DNA of 64,000 nucleotides from a virus: IMG/VR virus record IMGVR_UViG_3300037483_001670, positions 96,001-160,000 of that record. One strand, written 5' to 3'. The notes beneath the pieces were generated by a model that was not told the DNA's origin, did no database searches, and worked only from the letters and a program-made list of their open reading frames with translations. Position numbers and translations under genes: made by a program. Shown here piece by piece: positions 18,300-27,333 of the stretch (the first letter of the stretch is position 1; every line of letters starts with the position of its first letter).

Positions 18300-18500
18300 A
18301 TGAACGACGCCGAATTGAAGTTGGTCCATCGCGTTGAGGAACTCGCCCGCGAGCTCATCGACTCCGGCAGCAACCTGCGCCGCGGCGAGTGGCCCCGCGG
18401 GCGTGATAACCGCCGAGACATGGGCACGATCGCGCATGAGCTCGAGATCCTGCTCGTCCGCCTCGACGCCATTCGTTCGAACGCAGCCGTTTCGGTGTAG
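18300..18500 (+). CDS. small helical protein
   Basis: 66 aa. Confidence 0.55.
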   Translation: MNDAELKLVHRVEELARELIDSGSNLRRGEWPRGRDNRRDMGTIAHELEILLVRLDAIRSNAAVSV

Positions 18501-18510
18501 GCTGCCGCCC

Positions 18511-19122
18511 ATGGAATGGCGCGAACTGCGACCGATGTTCGAAGGCTGGGAGCTTTGCCTCGCTCTCATTCGGCGGTTCAACGATCACTACGCGATGGAC
18601 GAAGAGCAGCAGCACTACGTCTTCCGCTACGCCATGCAGGTGCCCGCCGGCGGCGTCGCCTTGGAGCTCGGCGTGTGCAATGGCAAAACAGCCGCGGTTC
18701 TCGCGTACTGCGCAGCGATGCGCGAGTTCGAGGCGCACGGCATCGACGGGTTCATCCTCGAGAACACCGCCGACGGCATCAACGAGACGATGCGCAAGCA
18801 CGATCTGCCGTTCACGCTCCACTACGGACTCACCGGCAACGAACCGATCCCCGGGCGGTACCTCCCCATTGTTCCGTGGGATCGACCGCTCGACCTATTG
18901 ATCGTCGACGGGAGCCACACGGACCCATGGGCGACCGACGACATCGCGCGCTGGACGCCGCTCGTCAAACCGGGCTGCGTCGCGCTGTTCCACGACTACG
19001 ACGGACGCGAGGACCAAACGAGCGCCCATCTCCCCGTGCGCCGCGCCGTCGATCGCCTCACGGCCGACTGGGGCATGGAGTACTACGTCAACGGCCTCAT
19101 GATCAAAAGGAAGCCGATCTAG
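18511..19122 (+). CDS. class I SAM methyltransferase (Methyltransf_24-like)
   Basis: ALELGVCNGKT, LLIVDGSH, LVKPGCVALFHDY. Confidence 0.88.
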   Translation: MEWRELRPMFEGWELCLALIRRFNDHYAMDEEQQHYVFRYAMQVPAGGVALELGVCNGKTAAVLAYCAAMREFEAHGIDGFILENTADGINETMRKHDLPFTLHYGLTGNEPIPGRYLPIVPWDRPLDLLIVDGSHTDPWATDDIARWTPLVKPGCVALFHDYDGREDQTSAHLPVRRAVDRLTADWGMEYYVNGLMIKRKPI

Positions 19123-19209
19123 CGGAGGAAGTGCGATTCGAACGCACGTCGCCCTGACGGACGATCCGGTTTTCGAGACCGGTGGCTTAAGCCTCTCACC
19201 CATTCCTCC
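19123..19209 (-). tRNA. trnS: tRNA-Ser(CGA)
   Basis: CCGGT-CTCGAAA-ACCGG, long variable arm. Confidence 0.93.
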
Positions 19210-19232
19210 AAAAGTTCAGTAAGCTGTTGGCG

Positions 19233-19406
19233 ATGGACATTCCCCGCCGCGCTCGCCTCGACCTGAGCACGCCCGCCGAGCTCGCCATCCGCGCGGCCGT
19301 GGACGCCGTCGAAAACCTGCCTGCCGATCCTCGCCTCACCCAGGCCGTCATTCTGCTTCAGCAGGCACGCGAAAAGGTCGCCGACTACGTTGACGACGTC
19401 CGGTAG
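19233..19406 (+). CDS. small phage protein, 57 aa
   Basis: MDIPRRARLDLSTPAELAIRAAVDAVE...LTQAVILLQQAREKVADYVD. Confidence 0.65.
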   Translation: MDIPRRARLDLSTPAELAIRAAVDAVENLPADPRLTQAVILLQQAREKVADYVDDVR

Positions 19407-19409
19407 CCG

Positions 19410-19637
19410 ATGCGGATCGTCGACTCCCGCTCCGGTCGCGAGGTGAAGCTCGGCGAGGTCGTGACCTACCCCGAAGACCGCTATTCGTGGCGCCTGCTCG
19501 GCGCTGTGCAGCTGTCCTTCGGCGTGGCGCGGTTCACCGTCCAGCTGCCCACGGGCCAAGTCAGCGTCGTCGACGGACCCATCCGCCGCACCCACCCGCG
19601 GCACTTCCTCCAGAAGGTCGCGTTTCTGCCGACGTGA
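19410..19637 (+). CDS. hypothetical protein
   Basis: 75 aa. Confidence 0.6.
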   Translation: MRIVDSRSGREVKLGEVVTYPEDRYSWRLLGAVQLSFGVARFTVQLPTGQVSVVDGPIRRTHPRHFLQKVAFLPT

Positions 19638-19758
19638 CGCTCTCGGGTTGTACACGAATTTCTACTATGTGCCGGACCGCGGTAAATCCCTCGCTCCCCG
19701 CAAAAAAAAAGTTCCTCGGCTTGTCAGATGGGCCTGGATCGGGGGGTAGGGTCCCGGC

Positions 19759-19944
19759 ATGACCCAAAAAGACGCCCTGCTCGACAAGATCGAAGACTGC
19801 TGCGATCACCAGCTCGACTTCTTCTGTCCGCGCCTGCGTGAGCGCCTGGCCCGCCGGCTCAGCCGGCGCGATCTCACCGCCCTGCGGGACGCGTTCATGC
19901 TCGCCTACCAAGAAGGCTTCCAGCGCGCGGAGTTACGCGACTGA
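19759..19944 (+). CDS. hypothetical protein
   Basis: 61 aa. Confidence 0.55.
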   Translation: MTQKDALLDKIEDCCDHQLDFFCPRLRERLARRLSRRDLTALRDAFMLAYQEGFQRAELRD

Positions 19945-20002
19945 CCGTATATGTATGTTCACATGTTGGCATTTCGTGGATAACCTCGGACCAAAGTCCG
20001 CC

Positions 20003-20034
20003 TAGACTGGGCTACGAAGACCGCGAGCTGAGCG
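20003..20034 (+). promoter_or_regulatory. putative late-type promoter TAGACT-N15-CGAGCTGAGCG
   Basis: same motif as 45087, 49722, 51495, 61740 copies. Confidence 0.7.
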
Positions 20035-20436
20035 TCGTCCCGAGGGACCAGCTCGTCTTGGCCATCTCATAAAGAACCGAACGCCACGCCTGACGTTCTC
20101 GTCGACCCCGACTACGAGAACCGAATCCTCGATCTGGCTATCGAGGCGCTCTCCGACGTCGTCGAGTGCGACGAGTCGGTCGTCCTCATCCGCTGGGTCT
20201 CGATCGCCGAGCTCCTTCGCGGGCGCCTTGCCGCCGGCTCGATCGGTCGCAAGGTCCCGCTGCTCTACGTCCTCTTCAGCGAGGTCTCCCACCCGACCCC
20301 ATGCCCGCTCCCCGGCATCGCCTGTGGCCTGTCGTTCCGTGGGCGCCGCCTTCGCGGCCGTGGCAATCTTGTTTGTCACCGCAACGTCCGCAGCGCCGCC
20401 GCCGGCTCGACGCAAACGCCGGCGGCCCAAGAGGGC

Positions 20437-20622
20437 ATGATGGTCATCAACTGGGAACACGAAGAACCGATGGCCGAGAACGAGATGCAAGCCGTCGTGG
20501 TGCTCATTCACCGCGGCAAGATCACGGACGGCACGCGGGTGACCCGCGCCCTGCTCGCGACCCTTCTCGGCTGCACGCATCCAAACGGGCCCTGCACGAC
20601 CTGCGCGAACCAGCTCAACTAG
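20437..20622 (+). CDS. hypothetical protein
   Basis: 61 aa, ends CTTCANQLN; may be the tail of a longer start-less frame. Confidence 0.5.
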   Translation: MMVINWEHEEPMAENEMQAVVVLIHRGKITDGTRVTRALLATLLGCTHPNGPCTTCANQLN

Positions 20623-20705
20623 CGGAGAGAGCGCGATTCGAACGCGCGATGCTTACGCACTCCCGTTTTCAAAACGGGCGCCTTCGTCCACTCAGCCACC
20701 TCTCC
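20623..20705 (-). tRNA. trnS: tRNA-Ser(TGA)
   Basis: CCCGT-TTTGAAA-ACGGG. Confidence 0.93.
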
Positions 20706-20813
20706 AGGCTCCCACGAGCCGAATCGACATCCTGCCCCTCCAACGCTCCCACTCTTCCTCCACGCTCCCACGCGGCGTCGAACTACGTTCGGCCTCCGAT
20801 GTCCCACCCCCTT

Positions 20814-21356
20814 CTAGTGGACATCGTGGCCGAAAAACTGCCGAGGGTCGAGCGGGTCCGCGTCGAGCACGTGGTCGTACATCGCGTCCGCGCGCACGAC
20901 GAGCTGCTCTTCCCACATCTCGCGCGTGTTCGTGTCGTACGTGTGAACGGCCACCCGAAAGACACCCTCTACCTCCTCCAGAATCGACACGTGCCGCCCC
21001 TCCGGATGCGCGTAGCCCGGCCGAACCTCACTCGGGATCGCCAAGCGCAGCTGCCCGCGCGGATCGAGCTCGAGAATGTGCTCGGGCCCGAACGCCACCT
21101 CGGCACCGAGCCGCATGGGCAAGGACGACGGAACATTGTCGAGCTTACCCACGTAGCGCTCGCCCTCTTGGCGCACAATCTCGAACCACATCCGCTCGCC
21201 GGCAGGCCGATCCGTTCGCCGCTCGTCGTGGTTGACGATGAGTTTGACGAAGTCGCCGACGCGCATCCCCTCGCGCGCGGCTCTCTCGACGATCTCAAAC
21301 GTCGTCGGGTGATCGCGATGCACTTGCTCTACATCCACAAGGTGACAGCCGTCCAT
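20814..21356 (-). CDS. DUF2314/YegJ-like protein
   Basis: ERMWFEIV...YVGKLDNVP...GAEVAFGPEHI. Confidence 0.65.
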   Translation of the reverse strand: MDGCHLVDVEQVHRDHPTTFEIVERAAREGMRVGDFVKLIVNHDERRTDRPAGERMWFEIVRQEGERYVGKLDNVPSSLPMRLGAEVAFGPEHILELDPRGQLRLAIPSEVRPGYAHPEGRHVSILEEVEGVFRVAVHTYDTNTREMWEEQLVVRADAMYDHVLDADPLDPRQFFGHDVH

Positions 21357-21384
21357 AAGTTACGTTTGTACCACTTTTGCTCAG

Positions 21385-21471
21385 CGGAAGGGACGCGATT
21401 CGAACGCGCGTGACCCTTGCGGGCCAACCTGCTTTCCAGACAGGTGTCTTGAGCCACTCGACCACCCTTCC
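21385..21471 (-). tRNA. trnS: tRNA-Ser(GGA)
   Basis: CCTGT-CTGGAAA-GCAGG. Confidence 0.93.
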
Positions 21472-21474
21472 AAG

Positions 21475-21702
21475 TTACTTCCGTGACGTCCGAGCGCGCG
21501 AAGCCTTCGGCAAAACGACCGATCCCATTTTTTGCAAGAGCGCCTGCATATTGGGAGCCTTCGGCGGCATCGTGTGCTCGACGTCCTCGCGGGTCAGCGC
21601 CCGGAGATTCGCGCCAACGAACGCCACCAATCGAGGAACGAGGGCGGCCCGCGGGTATTTGCCACGCTGCAAACGAAGTCGACGCCGGCGCCGAGGGTTC
21701 AT
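21475..21702 (-). CDS. small basic protein
   Basis: ATGA overlap with 21699 ORF. Confidence 0.45.
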   Translation of the reverse strand: MNPRRRRRLRLQRGKYPRAALVPRLVAFVGANLRALTREDVEHTMPPKAPNMQALLQKMGSVVLPKASRARTSRK

Positions 21703-21929
21703 GGGATTCGGGCCGCCAGCTTACACGCCCGACAGCGCCGCCGCACGGCGTTCGTGTACCCCATCAGATCGCGCTTGGCTTCGCGCTCGTGCCCGCATTC
21801 GTACCGCTCGAACACATATTTACCGACGCACCACGACGCCACGACACGCCGCAGCGGCCCCGACTTGGCCCCGTTGCTTCGCGGACGCGGCCCCCGGTTG
21901 TTCCAAAACAGGTTGCTGAGCGATCCCAT
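21699..21929 (-). CDS. small Zn-binding protein
   Basis: ECGH...CRAC; GGAGG RBS. Confidence 0.6.
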   Translation of the reverse strand: MGSLSNLFWNNRGPRPRSNGAKSGPLRRVVASWCVGKYVFERYECGHEREAKRDLMGYTNAVRRRCRACKLAARIP

Positions 21930-21987
21930 GCGACACCTCCGTCTCCTAGTCCCGAGCGTCTCAGCTCGTAGACGGAAGGTGTTGCAG

Positions 21988-22059
21988 TCAGAGTGGCGGG
22001 ACTCGAACCCGCGACCTCGTGGTCCCCAACCACGCGCGCTACCACTGCGCTACACCCTG
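21988..22059 (-). tRNA. trnP: tRNA-Pro(GGG)
   Basis: CGTGG-TTGGGGA-CCACG. Confidence 0.93.
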
Positions 22060-22063
22060 GAAA

Positions 22064-22264
22064 CTACAAATAGTCCCTCTTCCGACGAAAGTGGCCCACG
22101 TCGAGCCCCTCCGCCGTGTAGGCGAGCGGGTGGTGCTGCGCCGTGTGACCGACGTAGCACCACCCGCAAACCCGCTGCGGGCACCAGAGGCACCGCCAAT
22201 CGACATCCTCCTCGGGGATCCGTCGCCCACAGCCGACGCACTTCTGCGGCCAGGTCCGCGTCAA
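22064..22264 (-). CDS. small Cys-rich Zn-finger protein
   Basis: CVGC, CLWC, CGWC..H. Confidence 0.6.
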   Translation of the reverse strand: MTRTWPQKCVGCGRRIPEEDVDWRCLWCPQRVCGWCYVGHTAQHHPLAYTAEGLDVGHFRRKRDYL

Positions 22265-22791
22265 CCCGCCTCGCGCACGAGGTCAGTACAGAACGGCTCC
22301 CACTCTTCCGGCAGCTTCTTCGTGTGTACCCGGAACGCCGCGATCGGCAGCTGCTTCGGCTTGAACGGCAGCCGCTTCAGCGTCATACCCGCCTCCGCCG
22401 GCGTGCGCCGACCCTTGCGCGTGTTGCACGGGCGGCAGGCGGTGACCGCATTCTCCCAGTTCTTGCGGCCGCCCCGCGACTTCGGAACAACGTGGTCGAT
22501 GGTCAGCTTGAGAACCGGAAACTTGCCGTCGCAGTACTGGCAGCGCTGGCCGTCGCGCGCGAACACGTTTTCGCGCGAAAAGCGCACCTGGCGCATCATG
22601 CTCGGCGTCGGCTTCTTCAGCCGCAGCACCGCCGGGATTTTCATCGTGACCGACGGGCTCGACACCGTCTCGTCGTACTCGGCCACGATGTCGACCGTGC
22701 CCTTGTAAACCATCACGATCGCGCTCTGCCAGCAGACCACCTTGTGCCGCGAATAGTGCGGCGTCAGCACCAACGTTCTCGCCTCCATCAC
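22261..22791 (-). CDS. HNH endonuclease (McrA-like)
   Basis: FSRENVFARDGQRCQYC...LTIDHVVPKSRGG...WENAVTACRPCNTRKG. Confidence 0.93.
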   Translation of the reverse strand: MMEARTLVLTPHYSRHKVVCWQSAIVMVYKGTVDIVAEYDETVSSPSVTMKIPAVLRLKKPTPSMMRQVRFSRENVFARDGQRCQYCDGKFPVLKLTIDHVVPKSRGGRKNWENAVTACRPCNTRKGRRTPAEAGMTLKRLPFKPKQLPIAAFRVHTKKLPEEWEPFCTDLVREAG

Positions 22792-22824
22792 ACACCTACC
22801 TTATTGTTTGCATGTTAAACCTCG

Positions 22825-22909
22825 TGCTCACGGCAGGAGTCGAACCTGCATGCCCCGAAGGGCGGCTGGGTTTGGACCAGCTGCGTCTGCCTAGTTCCGC
22901 CACGCGAGC
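22825..22909 (-). tRNA. trnL: tRNA-Leu(CAA), C33
   Basis: GCTGG-TCCAAAC-CCAGC, long variable arm. Confidence 0.88.
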
Positions 22910-22912
22910 GCA

Positions 22913-23071
22913 CTACCAACCGACTGGCGACCAACACCATTCCACGTTTCCGTTCCGCTTGACCCGCACGTAGAGCCCCATCAGGCCGGTGACGTTCCGC
23001 CTCGCGCCTTTCACCTCGACGACGCGCTCGCCGTCAAGGATGACGACGGGGGCCTGCGTCACGTCCAGCAT
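22913..23071 (-). CDS. small hypothetical protein
   Basis: MLDVTQAPVVILDG. Confidence 0.45.
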   Translation of the reverse strand: MLDVTQAPVVILDGERVVEVKGARRNVTGLMGLYVRVKRNGNVEWCWSPVGW

Positions 23072-23340
23072 TCGACGATCTTCACGTCGTCGCGCGGATG
23101 GCGCGCCGTCCATAGGAAGCCAGGTGGAATCTTCGAGCGAGCCTCCTCGATCGTATCGACAACCTCGAACGCCTCGTCCGGGAGGCTGTGGTCGAGGTGC
23201 GACTTCCATCCGCGCACGAGGTACTTGCCCGGGTAAAACTCGGTGTCGAAGTAGATCGTGTACGTCTGAACGCCATGCTCGTACTTCTTGCGGTACTCCT
23301 CGGTCGTGTCGCGTCCGTCGCCTTCGAAGAGCATTTCCAA
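23059..23340 (-). CDS. hypothetical phage protein
   Basis: 93 aa, ends DDVKIVECWT. Confidence 0.7.
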   Translation of the reverse strand: MEMLFEGDGRDTTEEYRKKYEHGVQTYTIYFDTEFYPGKYLVRGWKSHLDHSLPDEAFEVVDTIEEARSKIPPGFLWTARHPRDDVKIVECWT

Positions 23341-23351
23341 AGTTTACCAGG

Positions 23352-23438
23352 TGTCACCGACCGGAGTCGAACCGGTACGCCCAGAAGGGCACCAGACTCT
23401 CATTCTGGCGCGTCTGCCTGTAGTTCCGCCACGGTGAC
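23352..23438 (-). tRNA. trnL: tRNA-Leu(GAG)
   Basis: CCAGA-ATGAGAG-TCTGG, long variable arm. Confidence 0.9.
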
Positions 23439-23975
23439 GATGCGTTTTTTCTGTCGACAGGACGTCTCCATCTGTGAGTGACAATTCGGGCAAAGAAACC
23501 TAAGATTTTCGAGACGATCGTCACTTCTGTCTCCGTTTGAATGATCGACCTCCAAGCGCAGCAGTTTGTCGTTCCACTCCGGAAGCAGACCGCATTCCGC
23601 GCAAACATACGGAACGCCCGCTTCCTTCATCGCTCGCGTCAACAGCGCGCCGGCCCGCCTACCGCCCGCAACGCGCTTGATCAGCAGTTCTACGTGCGTC
23701 TTTTTCGGTGGCACGTGATCGCGTCCACGATTCGTGCCCTGTAGCGTGAAGTGCGAGGTGTCGAGTCCGTATTCGAGAATCCGATCAACGATCATGTTGT
23801 GCGAACCGCCAGAAAATTTCACGAAACCAAGACTTCGCATGACACCTGCAACGCTTTTCGACGCAGCTACATGCGGCGCCAAGAACTCCACGGTGTATTT
23901 GCGCTTGCAATGCCTGACCGGACCTGGCCTCGGCCTTCGAAATGAAACCATGTCCGAAAATGATTTACCGCACAT
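23400..23975 (-). CDS. HNH homing endonuclease
   Basis: CAECG...LEVDHSNGDRSDDRLENLRFLCPNCHSQ; C-terminus runs into tRNA-Leu(GAG). Confidence 0.9.
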   Translation of the reverse strand: MCGKSFSDMVSFRRPRPGPVRHCKRKYTVEFLAPHVAASKSVAGVMRSLGFVKFSGGSHNMIVDRILEYGLDTSHFTLQGTNRGRDHVPPKKTHVELLIKRVAGGRRAGALLTRAMKEAGVPYVCAECGLLPEWNDKLLRLEVDHSNGDRSDDRLENLRFLCPNCHSQMETSCRQKKRIVTVAELQADAPE

Positions 23976-24026
23976 GAACAGCTGCGATCCACGAGCAACT
24001 TTCGCAGAACGGACAATCAATGTCAG

Positions 24027-24115
24027 TGCCAAGGACGAGATTCGAACTCGCACACCCCGAAGGGGTACGTCGTTCTGAGCGACGCGCGTCTACCGATTGG
24101 TTCCGCCACCTTGGC
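24027..24115 (-). tRNA. trnL: tRNA-Leu(CAG)
   Basis: CGTCG-CTCAGAA-CGACG. Confidence 0.93.
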
Positions 24116-24116
24116 C

Positions 24117-24191
24117 TGGTACCCCGGGACGGATTCGAACCGTCGGTCTTTCGCGTGTCGAGCGAACGCTCTTCCTCTGAGCTACCGGGGC
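24117..24191 (-). tRNA. trnV: tRNA-Val(GAC), C33, CCA encoded
   Basis: TTCGC-TCGACAC-GCGAA. Confidence 0.9.
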
Positions 24192-24218
24192 GTGATAGTT
24201 ACGATCGTACTTCTTTCC

Positions 24219-24407
24219 ATGCTCGACGTTGTCCACGTGATCCGCAAAGAGACCAGCATGCCGCTCTGCCACAACATCACCGGACTCGGCAAAACCCAGG
24301 ATTGGCCGAAGGGCCACAAGTGGGTCCTCCTCGGCGATCCCGACGACGGCAACGCTACGTGCCCCCACTGCGCCGGACTCCGCAAGGCGCTCCGCCAAGG
24401 ACGGTGA
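24219..24407 (+). CDS. small Zn-binding protein
   Basis: LCHN...TCPHC. Confidence 0.55.
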   Translation: MLDVVHVIRKETSMPLCHNITGLGKTQDWPKGHKWVLLGDPDDGNATCPHCAGLRKALRQGR

Positions 24408-24410
24408 CCG

Positions 24411-25646
24411 ATGCCCTACGGCGCCACCCTGGCAGAAATGCAGCGTCAGCCGTGGGGAGATCTCTCCGTTCTCGATGAAGTGGGCCGCACGCATTGCGGT
24501 CTGAAGCTTTGGCTCTGCACCTGCTCCTGCGGCCACAAGGCTTTGCGCACGACAACTCGGCTCCGTCGAGCCGTCAAAGATGGACAGACATCGATGTGTC
24601 TCGAGTGTCTACGAGAGCTTCGCAGCGGCCTCCACATCGAGTATGTCGATCGCCGCAGACAGTTCTTTCGCCAGATTTGGGACAAGTTTCACACGCTCTA
24701 CCTCGACGTCCACCTGCGCAAAATGGAGCTGGACATCTACGAAGAAAGCGAGCTGCCGTACCAAGATCACGATGTCCCCAACACAGACGTGCCGATCGGC
24801 TACCACGTGTACGAGCCTCCCGATCGCTCTCCTCGCACGCCCGCCTTCGAGATGACGCTCGATGAGCTCGGAGCGCACTTCCAGGTAAGCAGGGAGCGCG
24901 CCCGGCAAATGGAACGCAAAGCGCTCCGCATGTTGCGCCATCCGAGTCGAGCCAAATTTTTGCGCCAGTTCGTCTACGATTCGGAGTTCTTTTCGCCACC
25001 ACTGCAAGCGCAACCACGCAAGTCGCCGCAAATGGCAACAGCTGCCACTCCTCGACTCCACTGGACCGACCAGCACGACCAAGCTCTTCGACGCGCGCAG
25101 GACGCCGCTTACCACGGCGAAACCCTGCACGAACAACAACAGCGTTCCGAGATCGAGCAAGAGGCCAAGATCGAAAAACGACACCGCCAACAGGAGCAAC
25201 GAGCACTGCAAAGCATCGAGCGGGAACGTGTCCGCCTCGAAAAAGAACGCTCGCAACTCGACCGAGGGCTCGCAACCGTATCCGTCATGTTCTCGTGCTC
25301 TTGCTCTTCGCAATCCGAGCTACAATTCACCTGTGCCGAGCTCTTGACTCTCGAACGTCAGCTCGATCCAAGGCTCGTTCTCAGCGCTAAAACCATGTGC
25401 GAGACGCTGCACACCTGGTCCCTTGTCCGACGCCCCGACTTGGACCACTCCCGCTTCGGAGCGACCGGCTTATGCGGCTATTGTTTCCGCTCCGGCGTAA
25501 TCGCCCTATCCCACGACGACATTCGCATCGGGCTCGAGCGCGCGAGAGCGCAGGATCTCCTACCGCCCGACACCGAGGCGCAGCTGCGTCTCCTGCTCGA
25601 CGATTATTGCCTGCGACACGGAGTACCGACCCTGGAGATCGCATGA
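24411..25646 (+). CDS. sigma70 region-4 domain fusion protein (putative transcription regulator)
   Basis: [40 protein letters not shown] matches RpoD 4.2; N-terminal WLCTCSCG...MCLEC module; no region 2 seen. Confidence 0.8.
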   Translation: MPYGATLAEMQRQPWGDLSVLDEVGRTHCGLKLWLCTCSCGHKALRTTTRLRRAVKDGQTSMCLECLRELRSGLHIEYVDRRRQFFRQIWDKFHTLYLDVHLRKMELDIYEESELPYQDHDVPNTDVPIGYHVYEPPDRSPRTPAFEMTLDELGAHFQVSRERARQMERKALRMLRHPSRAKFLRQFVYDSEFFSPPLQAQPRKSPQMATAATPRLHWTDQHDQALRRAQDAAYHGETLHEQQQRSEIEQEAKIEKRHRQQEQRALQSIERERVRLEKERSQLDRGLATVSVMFSCSCSSQSELQFTCAELLTLERQLDPRLVLSAKTMCETLHTWSLVRRPDLDHSRFGATGLCGYCFRSGVIALSHDDIRIGLERARAQDLLPPDTEAQLRLLLDDYCLRHGVPTLEIA

Positions 25647-25660
25647 AAAACAGACGCCCA

Positions 25661-25735
25661 TGGTGGGCCGCTGCCGATTCGAACGGCACCAAACCGCGTA
25701 TCAGACGATTCAGCTCAACCAGAGACTCGCGGCCC
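25661..25735 (-). tRNA. trnI: tRNA-Ile(GAT), atypical D-arm, CCA encoded
   Basis: GGGCCGC/GCGGCCC acceptor, loop CTGATAC, TTCGAAT. Confidence 0.75.
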
Positions 25736-25757
25736 AAAAAGAAAGGATCCGGAACAC

Positions 25758-26126
25758 ATGACTCAGTCAATGGACATCACCACTCCGCTTCGAACAACCA
25801 AGCCGTGGACGTGCGACACCTGCCACGACCCGATCGCGGCAGACGCTGGCTATATTGCAGTAATGGACGCCGCCACCCATGGCCATCCTAACGAGGCGCC
25901 GTCTGCCGACTCCCCCCAGATTCACATTCACGCGTACCATCGTGCCTGCGACCCGCATCCGGACAAGGAACCGTACTGGTTCGACGTGGCGCGAGCTGAC
26001 ACGATCGAGAAGTGGTGCTCGTGGGTGCGCCAGCTGGGCACAAAGCCTTGGATGAACGCCGGTGACCTCGCTCAGATGGTCTGCTTCTGGTTTGACAACC
26101 GGGACGAGCGACTTCCCAACCCATGA
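25758..26126 (+). CDS. hypothetical protein
   Basis: WTCDTC...YHRAC. Confidence 0.65.
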   Translation: MTQSMDITTPLRTTKPWTCDTCHDPIAADAGYIAVMDAATHGHPNEAPSADSPQIHIHAYHRACDPHPDKEPYWFDVARADTIEKWCSWVRQLGTKPWMNAGDLAQMVCFWFDNRDERLPNP

Positions 26127-26611
26127 GATACTACATCGACACGGAGTTCATCGAACGCGGCCACCGGTACCCGATCGAGCTCATCTCGATCGGCGTAGTC
26201 GCCGAAGACGGCCGCGAATATTACGCGGTGGCCAGCGACGGCTGGGACGAATCGCACGCAAGCGAGTGGGTGCGCACGAACGTCTTACCGAATCTCGGCG
26301 AGCTCGACGCCAACTGGCGAACGCCTAGGACCGCTATCGCGCAGAACATCATCGACTTCGTTGGAACGGACAAGCCAGAGTGGTGGTCGTACTATGGCGA
26401 CTACGACTGGGTCGTTTTCTGTCAACTCTTCGGCTTGATGATCGATCTTCCGAAGGGGTGGCCGATGTTCTGCCGGGACCTCATCCAACTCTGCAAAGAC
26501 CTCGGCAACCCCGAGCTCCCGAAGCAACTCGTCGACCGGCACAACGCGATCGAAGACGCCCGCCACTTCCGCGTGATGCACGACTTTCTGCTAGCCTTGC
26601 AGCGCAAGTGA
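26123..26611 (+). CDS. DEDD 3'-5' exoribonuclease (Rv2179c-like)
   Basis: YYIDTEF...LISIGVVAEDGREYYA...YDWVVFCQLFG...HNAIEDAR. Confidence 0.9.
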   Translation: MRYYIDTEFIERGHRYPIELISIGVVAEDGREYYAVASDGWDESHASEWVRTNVLPNLGELDANWRTPRTAIAQNIIDFVGTDKPEWWSYYGDYDWVVFCQLFGLMIDLPKGWPMFCRDLIQLCKDLGNPELPKQLVDRHNAIEDARHFRVMHDFLLALQRK

Positions 26612-26913
26612 ACCGGCTGACGACGTCAACCGAGGCCGCGCTCACCGCCGTCCGTTCGATGCCCTACGGCGCGCGCTCTCGACCCTTCGCGGAAGCCATG
26701 TGGCCGAGCAGCGAGGCGTGGGGCAAGCCCGCCAAGGTCTGCGGCCTCGTGGCCCGCGCCGGGCGCTGGCTCGCCGAGCTCGCCCGCGATGGCTACCTCG
26801 AAGTGCTCTACGACGCGAAGGGTGCTCGGTACAGGCTCACGAAGCACGGCAGATCGGCGCTCAACCAGCCGGTGCCGACGGCGGGAGTCGAACCCGCAAA
26901 CCCCGAAAGGTGA
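26608..26913 (+). CDS. putative winged-HTH protein
   Basis: WLAELARDGYLEV...YRLTKHGRSAL. Confidence 0.5.
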   Translation: MNRLTTSTEAALTAVRSMPYGARSRPFAEAMWPSSEAWGKPAKVCGLVARAGRWLAELARDGYLEVLYDAKGARYRLTKHGRSALNQPVPTAGVEPANPER

Positions 26914-26955
26914 CCGTTTTTAGGACGGCGGCGTCTGCCGTTCCGCCACGTCGGC
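26873..26955 (-). tRNA. trnL: tRNA-Leu(TAA), C33
   Basis: GCCGT-CCTAAAA-ACGGT. Confidence 0.88.
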
Positions 26956-27180
26956 ATGATGAGATTCGAAGAACAACTCCGCATCGAGCTCAGCTGCCTT
27001 CGGCCGCGGTGCCGCGGCGCGCTCATGAAGTTGAAAGGCAACCTGTCGCTCCGCGAAGCTGGCGCCGATTGCACGAGACTTCTCTACGAATGCCCGACGT
27101 GCTCGCGCCGGGTCACGGTCGCTGACGGGGCACCTCGCCCTTCCGCAGCACAGCTCGATGCGTTCGACACCGTCGAGTAG
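26956..27180 (+). CDS. small Zn-ribbon protein
   Basis: CLRPRC...ECPTC. Confidence 0.55.
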   Translation: MMRFEEQLRIELSCLRPRCRGALMKLKGNLSLREAGADCTRLLYECPTCSRRVTVADGAPRPSAAQLDAFDTVE

Positions 27181-27253
27181 TAGCCCCAGCAGGACTCGAA
27201 CCTGCGCCGCCCGGAGTGTAGAACCGGCGCTCTTGCCGCTGAGCTATGGGGCC
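27181..27253 (-). tRNA. trnV: tRNA-Val(TAC), C33
   Basis: CCGGT-TCTACAC-TCCGG. Confidence 0.88.
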
Positions 27254-27254
27254 A

Positions 27255-27332
27255 TGGTCGGGATGACTGGATTTGAACCAGCAACCTCCTGTGTCCGAGA
27301 CAGGCGCGCTAACCAGGTTGCGCTACATCCCG
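27255..27332 (-). tRNA. trnP: tRNA-Pro(CGG), CCA encoded
   Basis: CCTGT-CTCGGAC-ACAGG. Confidence 0.95.
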
Positions 27333-27333
27333 A

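Noticed and set aside
21955-21968. Sixth copy of the late box (CGAGCTGAGACG on minus strand)
   Set aside because: One-base variant with no TAnnnT at the expected spacing; the upstream sequence is the tRNA-Pro 3' end
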